64,000 bases of DNA from NCBI GenBank assembly GCA_907165135.1, contig OU015569.1:1736001-1800000 (forward strand), written 5' to 3'. Below, in pieces: positions 1-15,478 of the stretch. The position numbers were made by a program, and so were the translations under genes. How positions within the stretch are numbered: position 1 is the stretch's first letter; every line of letters begins with the position of its first letter. The stretch is from Oikopleura dioica (lineage: Eukaryota; Animalia; Chordata). Below the pieces are notes generated by a model. That model was not told the origin of the DNA and made no database searches. It saw only the letters and a list, made by a program, of their open reading frames with translations.

Positions 1-2538
1 AAAACATTTCGTGAGAGGAAAACTAGATAAACGATCCTTTTCGAGTTTCCAGAGTCGCCTCCTCTTGCCAAGACGTTGATGATGAACGACTGGTCGGGTG
101 GCAAGTCAACTTCGACACAGAGCCTGGTCGGCGTTTTTTTCTCGCCTTTGAAGAATTCGTTGTACGCCGCATTCATTGTGTTAAATTGACTGTGCGAAGA
201 ATTGAAACGTGTGATTATTTTTCTCTCGCTTTTGAACCAACCTTAAATCGCGGAGAAATAGCTGCACTTGAACAATGTCGGCTCTATTGAGGCCTCTCGC
301 CTTTAGCCCGCAATTAACAGTTTCCAGCGCGGCGGCGAGGGTTGAAGAGCTGAGACCGGAAATCGCCACGAATCGACCATCGGATGCGATGATTTTACCC
401 TCCGTGACTGCTGGAACGGCCGCTGCATCTGATCGATACTGCACAAGTGTGTTGGGAAAATATTCACTCTAATAGCCACGGAAGCGGGAACGCGCACGCG
501 ATCCAATGCACTGACAAATTTCATGCTTAGACTTTGCTCGAGATCTTCATCAGAGATCGAATTTTATGTTCCCAAATTTCAATCATTCAATTAATAATCA
601 TCATTAATTCGGGTCAGAAATGTCTGAAGAAAAATCTCCTTTTGTATTGTATAGCCCCTCTAACCCACTCAAGAAGTATTTCTCGAATGACCTTTAGCCT
701 TGGATAAAAATAAAGGATGAATGAAAACCCCGTCAAGAAATTCGGCTCATCCCTTTATTGAGAAACAGGGAAAAAATAAATCGAGGTGTATATTTTCATT
801 TGAGCGCTACGTTTTTTGTCGCATCGACAAAATGAAATTCTGGTTATTGTTGCATGCATAGAAGCGTGACCTAGTTAGCGAGTACGGCTTTTATGTAGCA
901 TTTGAAGCAGTAATCCTCGAAAACAATGGACACCATAAACAGGGTAAATCGGCTTATCGAACAACACGCGGCCTATATCCCCCACTAAAACTTGATTCAA
1001 GGCCTCTTGACCTAGACCATGCTAAAAAAATCTCATCCCACAAAAAAAGGATGACGAAAAAAAGTCCAAATTGGCATTCAATAAGTTAGTTTAGACAGCA
1101 TGTAACTTATGTATTGAAGATTTTTTTGCAATTCTCACACCCTTCTTTTTTGTTGTGAGAAAAACACAACTCGCTCTAGTGGCTCATGTAATCCGGATTC
1201 TTGATCCCTGAAAACAGAAAATCTAGTCGCGAACACACATTCCTGTCGCATCGCTGGCGAAAGCCTCCAATCCGCGTTTCCGCTTTCTGACTGCCGGAAA
1301 CTCTTGGTCTCTTTGGAATGCGTTGAGCAACACTCTACTAAACAGCGACTACTTGTTTCCCACTTCTTTCACTTTCTCAAATCATCTCCTAAAGAAGCTT
1401 TCTTTATTTGGAGGTAGTAAACCGGGGCGTCGAAGTCATCCGAGTGCAAGATCGTTTCTGTCTCCTCTAGAGCGATTTTCTTCTTGTAGAGAGGACAGTC
1501 GGTCACGAACGATTCGAATTCGCCACCTGAAAAGGGAGATGACTATATTGAGAAAATAGGGGTAAAGAGAAAAGTGAAATGTACCCCTAAACAACTCTGT
1601 ATCAACAGAGAACAGAAGAGGATGAAATTCAAAGCGCTTTGAAGCTCGAATCGCCACGAGCGTAAAATTTAAGCGCACTGTTACCTTCGCCCGCCGGATG
1701 TACTCCGAATTTCTCTTCCAAAGTTAAGAGCGTCGGGGTCAGCTCGTGAAGCAGCTTTCCGACGTGCTTCCGGTTTAATCCCAGCGCCGCCACTTTTACA
1801 ATGACGACCTCGAAGCCAAGTTGCGACAAGTCCTGGATGTACTGCTTCTGATCTTTTTGCCAAAGCGGAGCGAGTGAAACCAGCCCAAGTCGGCTGCAAA
1901 CGGACTCAACTCGTACTCGCTGGTAATCTTTCTAGGCGGTCAAAGTTTTAAATAAAGGGTATCTCCATCGATTAGGCAATCTTTAACGAATTTCAAAATT
2001 TGGGAATCATGGAGGAGAATCTTTCAAAATATCAAAGGTCTTCGAAAAATGAGCCGCTTTCCTGAAAGAAGAGCACCGCAGCAAATTCCATCAATTTGCA
2101 TCTGTTTCTTCATTTTTGCCAGAAGAAGGTAGAGATCTTCCACTTCGTCGCCTTCTGATGGTGTGTAGTCCATGGTTGAGCAGTTGGACTTGCTTTTAGA
2201 GCCTTGCGTGAAGATGGGCAATTCAAGCGCTTGAGCAACGAGTGAGATTCCTTCTGTAGCGACAGATTGGTACATTTCCGAGTCGGGCTCGCCGCCATCC
2301 TCGGGATAAATGTGGCCAATACACGTGACATCGTGGCCCGATGCAACTTAGCAATCCGAGTTTGATGGATGGAAAAATTACTCTAGTACGTAAAAAAAGG
2401 ATCGGAGCAGTGAAGCGTGGAGCTACTCAATTTATTTAGTACAACTGTTCTCTAGGTCACACGTCCGTCAAACTTTCCTACAGCGTGAAGGGCGAACAGC
2501 GAATCTTTCCCACCGGAAAGCAAGGCGCCGATTTTCAT
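1..2538 (-). CDS. DPH6: Diphthine-ammonia ligase (DPH6) with C-terminal RidA/YjgF-like region; multi-exon, runs off the window start
   Basis: Translated exons: MKIGALLSGGKDSLFALHA (ATG at 2538), GHDVTCIGHIYPEDGGEPDSEMYQSV, EGDEVEDLYLLL, GALLS|DYQRVRVESVCSRLGL, IVKVAALGLNRKHVGK, GVHPAGEG|GEFESFVTDCPLYKKKI. These are the PP-loop ATPase motifs of Dph6. Exons near 1-444 (VAISG..LKARGLNRADIVQVQLFLRDL..MNAAYNEFF) resemble RidA/YjgF. Confidence 0.9.
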
Positions 2539-3043
2539 ATTTATTTCTTATTACGCTTTCGACTTTCTATACACAAACAATCTACATTTTCTTTAGAACT
2601 TTATTTTTTAATTTCCGAGGAAAATATTTCAACATTGAAATTAGTTTAAAAAACTGGAGGAGTCTACCCCCATAAATACTTTGAAAAACTCCTATTGAAC
2701 AATTTAGGGGTCCTTTTCCGACGGTCAGTCGACAATTTAAGGAGACTCCAGATATTCTGATATTGAAGTATTCAGAAGGGTTTTATTTAGAATAGCGAAT
2801 AGATTCAAATAGGTAAAAAGATAAAATTGGTACATGCAACAACGTATGATGTGAGTGTGTGTGTACGAATATGTTTTTTTTGCAGACAGTGTACTGTTAT
2901 TATATAAAATTGATATTTTCTGAAGGTGAAAATGGCATTGTTTGTATGACAAAAATAGAAAGGTAAACAATAGTTTTTTTAAACATGAAGAATTAGGCGG
3001 GCAGATTTTTTTTCAATTATTCGTTCAATATTTAGCAGCTTGT

Positions 3044-4716
3044 CTAGTCGGTCTAAAAATAACGATGAGGGATGGAGAAAAAAATACTTCCGCTCTTGTT
3101 AGTTTTTGAAAAATACAAAGAAAGAAAATCGCAAAATAGAACCTTTCTCTCGACTTTTCTGTTATGATAACTTTCTCGTTCAAATTTTCTAACTAGCGGC
3201 TATAAATTTAAATTTACAGTAGCTTTAATCAAATACAGTAGGGCTTACTTTAATGATGTCGGAAACTGGGACAGCTTTTGTCTGCGAATCGCGTCGTGGA
3301 AAACCGTTGCTTCCGTTGCTTCCGAGGAGGGCCTGTGCATTTGCCTGAGAATGTAAATCAGTGAGTTTGTTAATTTGCCAATTTTAATGCGCATCTTCAT
3401 TGACCCCGGGGGTCAAGAAGTGTCAGTTCACGAGTGAACGAACCTGGAGTGATTTGGCGTGAGACGCAGCAGCAGCGAAATAGTCGACCTGGGCGTCGAT
3501 GAATTCCTGGTACGCTCTCAACTAGAAGGAAAATGAATGATCACGCCTCTTGCCTGGAATGATAAGTTAACAAATTCGCACCTGTGTTGAGTGATGCGAG
3601 CTCGTTCCTTCCAGCAATAGTTTCAGGAGCTCTTGTTGTCTTTCAAAGTCCGTCTAAAATTCAAAAGCGTTAAAAATCAAAACTCTTTAATCAAAGATCA
3701 CCTGTAAATTGCGAACTTCTTTCTCCTGCTGATCTCGACCTTCGAGGGTCTTCACCTTTTTCAACTTTGCTTTTGCCGCGTCCAGGTCCAATCGTTTTGT
3801 CTCCAGAATTCCCTTTTCCTTGAAAATAGTTTTTGCATCGTTCTCGAGGAATGTCTTGAATGGTCCAATTACACATTCCTTCGCCTTGTCCAAATAAATC
3901 TTCTCTGCCTTTGAAATTTCGATTTGGGCGTTACCAGAAGCCTCAAGAATAGCTCCTAGTTGTTCATTGCTTTCTTTTGCTCCGGCACTCGAGCAGAGGA
4001 GGGATGACCCGAGTGATTCCAGCCCAGAGAGGTCTTGAGGTCGTCCAAGCGAGTTGCCAGAGTCGATCTGTAAATAACGCTTATGGAATACTTCGAAAGT
4101 GAAGGAAGATAAGCTAGTAACTCTTATTTTGGTTAGAGATGAAAAATCAGAATCGCCAGATCAAAAGACCTTACCACCTTATTACTCTCACAACTCGCCC
4201 ATTTTTGATTGATCGAGCCTAACTACAAGCAGAGCTTGCTAAACGAGCACAGTATCAACATTCGAGCGTACCTTGCTGAGAACGAGCTTCTCCATGCGGA
4301 GGTTTGGGTTTGGTTGAACGAGCGCATTCATTGAATCGCAAATTTTCGACAAATTGACTTGCATCACTTGAAAGCGGCGGAACATGACGTCCACATCCGG
4401 GTCAAGCGGCGTCTTCTCCACTGAAAACATATTTTGGAATAAATTAACGATTGTCCAAGATAATCCGGCTTTATAAACAAGAATACACTTCTCTTTTTGT
4501 ATTCACGGAAAAGTGGAGCGGGGGTCACTCAAATCTCTTCCTTGCCATTATTTTTAAGCGGGAAAAGCTTTAGTTTGCAGTGGTACCTTGGCCTAACTGC
4601 AGTTGCTCTTCTGTGTACTGCTTCGCCCTGCTAAAGAGGGTTGAAGCATCTGAGGCGAATTTTTTGACGTCGATTCCGAGTCCCTCCATGGGCGAGCCAG
4701 GCAATCTGAGCGACAT
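3044..4716 (-). CDS. SH3GLB1: Endophilin-B-like N-BAR protein (no SH3 exon found); 3' end approximate
   Basis: Exons give MSLRLPGSPMEGLGIDVKKFASDASTLFSRAKQYTEEQLQLGQ|VEKTPLD, LVQPNPNLRME, ETKRLDLDAAKAKLKK, DFERQQELLKLLLEGTSS and EFIDAQVDYF, all matching the endophilin B BAR domain. Confidence 0.85.
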
Positions 4717-4842
4717 TTTCTTGGAGTAACTTTGAAACTTTCAGAGTTCACTCTGAAAAGCAACTCGAATTTTTTATCACTTTCTTTTCGAAAAACTTTA
4801 AATAATTTCGAATAAAAAACAGGGTTGAAGAAGGGTCTGAAA

Positions 4843-7014
4843 TTAGGCAATGGAAAGTCGAGGAATGTCGATTGTTTCGTTTTTCTGAACTGATTGATAT
4901 TGAGCGATGACCTCATCGATTGAGTGAAGAGCTTCTTGGAAGAGGCTCGAGTCGAAGCCATCCACGTGGTTGTAGTGGTGGAGGTGAGCTTTTCGGCGGT
5001 AGAGTTTGGAGAAACGAGATTTCAGCGCCGTGAAGGATGGTAAAATGCTCGTTGAGTTGTGAAGACCGAGAAGGGAGAAGGGCTGACCACTTGGCGCGAC
5101 TAGAATGGTTAGGGTTAAGCTTCAAGGCCTCGTAAATAGACTTACCGTTGCATAGACCAACCTTCCATCCATCTTGGTTCCAATTGACAAACTGCAACTA
5201 AAGATAAATTTACAAAAATGCAAGCAGGTCTAACATGGTCGCACTCAATGAAGCGTAATTCTAGCGTTATAATACCTGTTTGGCAAGACGGGAAATGTTT
5301 CGCCGCATGTCCGATAATTCAATTTTGCCTCTCGCGATCAAGGCCGAAGCCGCAAGTACAGATCGTCTCGGATCGCCGCCCACGAGCGCATGCGTGCCCA
5401 AAATATACCAGGTCAACAAAAAGAGAATAGGATACTGGATGCTATTTAGATTGATTCCAGATTAACAACGCGTCTCTTGAGAGTCGAGTAAAATCGAAAT
5501 TGCTGTAAATTGTGGACCTGGACCGAAAAAGCGCTTGTGAACATTTCATCGAGCCGTCTGATGGGAAGATTCAGATCTTTGGAGAGGAAGAGAGGGGAGA
5601 GACAAGTAGTGAGATAGTGCATCCGTGGGAAGGGAACGAGGTTCATCGTGATTTCGTTCAAATCGACATTGAGTGATCCTGGGAATCGGCAGGAAGAAGT
5701 GATGTTCAAAATACTCTGAAAAGATGGGTTACTTACTTCAAATTCAAAAGAGAATAGCCAGTTCTGCCGATATTTTCTGATATTTTTCAGCCCCGGTCGT
5801 TTATTTTTTAATCTTGTTGTCTCTTTTCTTTGTTCAATTTAAGTTAAATCACAAAAAAAGATGGCTGCTATGGCCGGCCGATTAATATATCAATAATGTT
5901 TGGTTTAGGGCATTAATGAATGAGCAAAATGCTCAGGCAAGAAAAAATGTCATATCGATTCAATTCGACATTCAATTTGTCAATGCAAATCAGATATTTA
6001 CTGACCTGGGCGACTAACGAGTTCATCTCGCCCCAGCTCGTCTTTTTCTCGCTGCCGGCATTTGCAGTTTCCGTGATGCGGTGTCTAGAATTGTTCGAAG
6101 CGGCCTTGACGCGATTGGTGATCTCAGCGAGGGACGAGTTGTCGACTGGCATCACGGAATTTGCATAATCGGTCAATTGACGCATTGCTAGCATTGAATT
6201 GTAAGGGCTTGTGATGACATCGTCGTCTCCTGATGGATACACTTTGTTTTGGGCTCTTTAATGAAATATTCATAAAGGCTAGATAAGACATCATCTCTCG
6301 ATGAAATTGTTTGAAGAGGCCTTGTTCTTATCCTCGAAATCGAGCCCTTTGCCTGGAGTAACTAGCCTCTCAATATCAGGAAATTCATCTGCCAGTACTG
6401 ACAGTACATTTGTCCCCAAGCCCGATCCAGTGCCACCACCCATCGAGTGAATAATGAACCAGCTACTCATTGCTTCGCATTTTTCAGCAGTATGTCTCAG
6501 CACTTCATAAATTCCCTCTCCTTTAGGAGGGTTACTCACAGTTTCAAAGTAGAAACATCAAATTGACGGTAATTAACTGTTTACGGTTTCCCCGGCCTGT
6601 ATCGCGATCCATATTCATAAAAGCCAACGGCCCAGTTATTTCCGGAGCCAGATTGGGAAGTGACGGACAGGGCGGGATCAAAGAGCTCTCCGATGGATGA
6701 GCGTTGAGACGCCTCCACAACAGACTCTTCCATATCAATTAGGACTGCGCGCGCTTTTAACGACGAAATTGGAGAGCTAAAAATATCATTCCAGCTTTCT
6801 GTCCAACCTAAGGTTCTTCAAGTTGAACCATCAATTACCCGACTTTGAGCTCCCTTCCAGAGGACGAATCAGTATTCCGAAAAAACGAGCTCAGCGCCAT
6901 GTCATAAACAGTATCTTGTTTGGCTACAGAATGCTCTGCCAAGGCCATTTCCCAGAATCGCCGGCCAATTTGATTGCCGCATTGGCCGACTTCGACGAGC
7001 ACATTTTCAGTCAT
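4843..7014 (-). CDS. TUBE1: Epsilon tubulin
   Basis: MTENVLVEVGQCGNQIG (ATG at 7014), GSGNNWAVG, IIHSMGGGTGSGLG, YPSGDDDVITSPYNSMLAM, FPGSLNVDLNEITMNLVPFPRMHY, QFVNWNQDGWK, KLYRRKAHLHHY; stop TAA at 4843-4845. The DDVITSPYNS and KAHLHHY motifs are epsilon-type. Confidence 0.92.
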
Positions 7015-7350
7015 ATTCTGAAGGCACCATAAGTTATTCCTTGCTAAGAGGGCCCCATACTTTATGAGATCGAATAAGGGTGTCCTAGCCTATAAGGCTA
7101 ATATCAAAGCAGCGCTGATGATAACCCTGACACCTCTTAGACGAAGGGAATTAGGCCTCCTTAATGACTACTTTCCTGTGGTACTGAGCTGCTCCTTTTT
7201 CTGAACACACTTACACCCACACAGGACCTAATAAGGTCTGTACCGAAGAAAAACTACTCCAACGTATGGTTTCAGTACCTCGGGAGATAACGACTATTCA
7301 GCGTAGAATGATCAAGGAACTGTATTACAGAATCGAAAAGAGAGGCAAGA

Positions 7351-8307
7351 TTAGAGCGATTGAATGAATTCGACCAAACGGGAGTTGAAAAGTTCTGGAT
7401 CGTCCAAATAACAAGGGTGTTTCCCATTTGGAATCATGAGAACTGAAGAGTGGGGAATGTTGGACATGAAATCAACTGAAGTCGCGCCCAGGGATTTGTC
7501 TAGTTCGCCGTAGATGATCAGCGTCGGGACAGTGATTTTAGCATAGTCCTCTTTGCTACAGAAAGGTTACAATTGTTCCTCAAGAAAAGGACGAGAAATG
7601 AAGTACCTTACTCTATTAGCACCAACAGGAGCGACTGGAACATAACCCGCAAGACGTTCTGCTCCCTTCTCTTTCAAAAAAGGAACAGAATAACTACCAG
7701 ACATCGACGGAGAAACGAGAACAAACTTTTCACCAGGATAAAATTTGTTCAAATAGGTGACAGTGTCGGACGGCTTTGAAATTCCTTTTGACTCGCCAAA
7801 ACCGGGCAAATCAATCGCTACTCCTCTGATGTTTGCTTTTGACAGAGCTTCAAGAGTGTTTGTTTCAACCCAAGTTGCAGAAGAAAACGCAGCTCCGTGG
7901 AGTAAAAGAACTGGCGGATGAGATGAGGAACTTTTTTGGCTTTTTATATCAGAAGATTCTTACAACAAGTTGAGAAATTCTGAGTCCTAAGAGCCCTCTT
8001 GAGGATTTTTGACAAATGAGAGGGGGACCTGATGACTCAAAAAATGGCCCGTATTTGTAAGGATTTGAAAACCATTCCTAGGTCCAAACGGAACTTTCTT
8101 CAACTCAGGATAAGGAAAAACATCGTTTTGTTTCTCGCTAGAAACAGATTTCGCAGATGGAGGCTCAGCCATATCAGAATCTTTCGTCGAAGAAAAAATT
8201 AAAATTATTCCAAAAACGAACAACGCCGAAGCTGCGATTTTTAAAATGGTATTCTTCGACAAATATTTGCCTGTTTGGTTTTCGAGTAATTTCACTTTGT
8301 CCGACAT
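7351..8307 (-). CDS. ABHD14: ABHD14-family alpha/beta hydrolase with N-terminal transmembrane helix
   Basis: MSDKVKLLEN..IAASALFVFGIILIFS (TM), DLPGFGES, FVLVSPSMSGSYSVPFL (nucleophile SPSMSG), GYVPVAPVG, PTLIIYGELD, GKHPCYLDDPELF; stop at 7351-7353. Confidence 0.85.
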
Positions 8308-8541
8308 TCTCAACTTGAAGAATTCGACTTTTGACTTCTGCAGAGGAAAAAAATACAAGTTTTATTGATTTTCAAAGAAAATAATAATATATTTATATCC
8401 TATTTTTAAAAAAGGCAGTAACTGTGGAATGGGAAACAAAAAAGTAATAATTAGACTACGTTCTTTTGGATACGTCAGTAATTGAGTAAACAGTAGAATG
8501 AATCAGTCGTCCTTCTATTTTTGAACTTGAGTTCTTGATTT

Positions 8542-12171
<3,630 letters not shown>

Positions 12172-13969
12172 GATGCTCCGAAATTTACGTATACGAGCCG
12201 CTAGGAAGGGATTTAGAGACAGCTTTTCATCCAAAAAGAGATTAAAATTCTAAACAGACGATTTTAATAATAATTCAAAATTTTTCTCTCAAAAGAAGCT
12301 CTAGAAAAACAACGCTGATCCCGTTTTAAAGCTACTACACGAAATACGGAATCTCCCGAAATGCAACAGATGCGGAAATCAAGAAGGCGATAAATGCGTA
12401 CACTCTGAATAATGCTTTCAAATCTCCTTTTTCTGCGCCCCTGCCGAAGAGTCCCAAAAGCAGACTTGGACTTGTTGCGATTTTTGCGGCAAGGGATCAG
12501 TTTGCCAAATATATTCTCATTTATCAGAGGTACATTCATATCCTAGTTATATAAAATGTTGAAGCAGCAAAAATTCATGGAACTCTTATTGATACACCGC
12601 ATAAAGTCTTCATTATAAATTGTGAAATGATATCCAAGAGGCACGATATTAGGGAAGTTTCAAAATTTTGTGACATGGCAAAAATTTTGAAGTTTCCCAT
12701 GACGAACTCACACTATTTCCTTAAGCTCTTCATTTTAGCATTTTTACTTTGGAAATCGTCGATAGCTCTCCGTTTTATTTCAAATTGTTTACAAAAGATC
12801 GAGCGCCACATTTAGCGTGTTACTCAACAAATACCATCTTGACCTAAATTGTATACCTAGGACTCCCCAGCAATTTCAAATTTATTCAATCCTCAGATCA
12901 GATTGATAATATAGTTCAAGTTGGAAAAAATCGAGTAAGGTAATTATGAGTATCTTGGGCTGCTCGTATTCAAAATAAGATTGAAAAGGGGGAATTTTAA
13001 AAATCATTGACAAATAACTCTTTAGACAAGCTTACAACATCTGGGTAGACGAACGTAATCTTGGAAAGGCGATGGCAACTGCTCTCTATTCTAAAAATCA
13101 TCTTCTCGTCTGACGATCAAAATAAAAGAAAACAAGGAAGAGAACGCGACGAAAAATGAACACAACTTAAGTGCCGATTATTTGAACAGAAGACTGGCCG
13201 AGGAACAGAAAGCAGCGTGGAGTGGAACCAGTTCAAGACAAAAAACAGTTGATGAAAACAAGAGGGATGAGAAAGCAACAGAAAACAATAGAAGCTCAAC
13301 AGAGAAAAGTGAGATAAAAGGAGAGACTGTTCTAAAAGGCGAAATTGAACAAGAACCTATTCTCCCGAAGGTAATTGTTTACACAGCCAATACGGTATCT
13401 CCCATAAAAGTGCTTTCTTGCTGCGAAAATGAAACTAGGGCATTCTCTTTTTTGAACGACCCACGATGTTTGCCATGTTCTCTTGGGTCGATCTAAGGCT
13501 CCATATAAAAACGCAAACCTATTCGAGTACGACTCAGTTTAAATAATCTTTATTTTTAACCAGAAGATGTTCATTAATGCTTTTTATAAAATATTCTACA
13601 GCGAAACAAGCAGTTCCCCAAGTCTGAGTAACCTGAGTTACTCGTAGTACGTAAATAAAAGATATAAATGAAAATTAGCCCCTCGTCTCATTGTCTGCAA
13701 AACTTTGAATTTTATTTCAGGGAGTCGGTGTAGCACTGAGCGCAGGTCTACTACTATCACTTCGTTCTCCATTGGGCAAACGATTTCTTGCCCCTTTCTT
13801 GACTGCTTTATTGGTCCCTTTCGCTGCGATTTTCTATTACTTGTTCGAAGATGGTAGAAGTATTTCCGACGATCCGAACTCTTCTTATCCAAGAGAATCG
13901 ATAATTGAAATGAGGCGGAAAAGAAGAGAACGCGAAAGTTTAGATTCGATTGAGCACAAAGACACCTGA
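12172..13969 (+). CDS. Unknown multi-exon protein: Arg-rich N-terminus, degenerate J-domain-like segment, C-terminal hydrophobic helix
   Basis: MLRNLRIRAARKGFRDSF at 12172. Exon from 12332 reads YYTKYGISRNATDAEIKKAINAY. Charged ORF 13182-13496. ORF 13772-13969 contains FLAPFLTALLVPFAAIFYYLF. Exon joining is uncertain. Confidence 0.4.
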
Positions 13970-14048
13970 TATTCTTCCCTGAAGTTCTTATATTTAAAAT
14001 CATACGGATACTAGCTGCTAAGAAGCATCTAAAACTATTGATTCAAGA

Positions 14049-15324
<1,276 letters not shown>

Positions 15325-15478
15325 GAAACAAAAACTACCATTCTAGTGTTATATCCAATTATCTGTACCAACTGCTAATTACTTCGTGATTTCTGTCAAA
15401 TGTTAAAAGACATCAATTCCAAAAATTCAATTTTCAATTTAAATTTTATTTAATTTCAACGAATTTCAATTGATAAAA

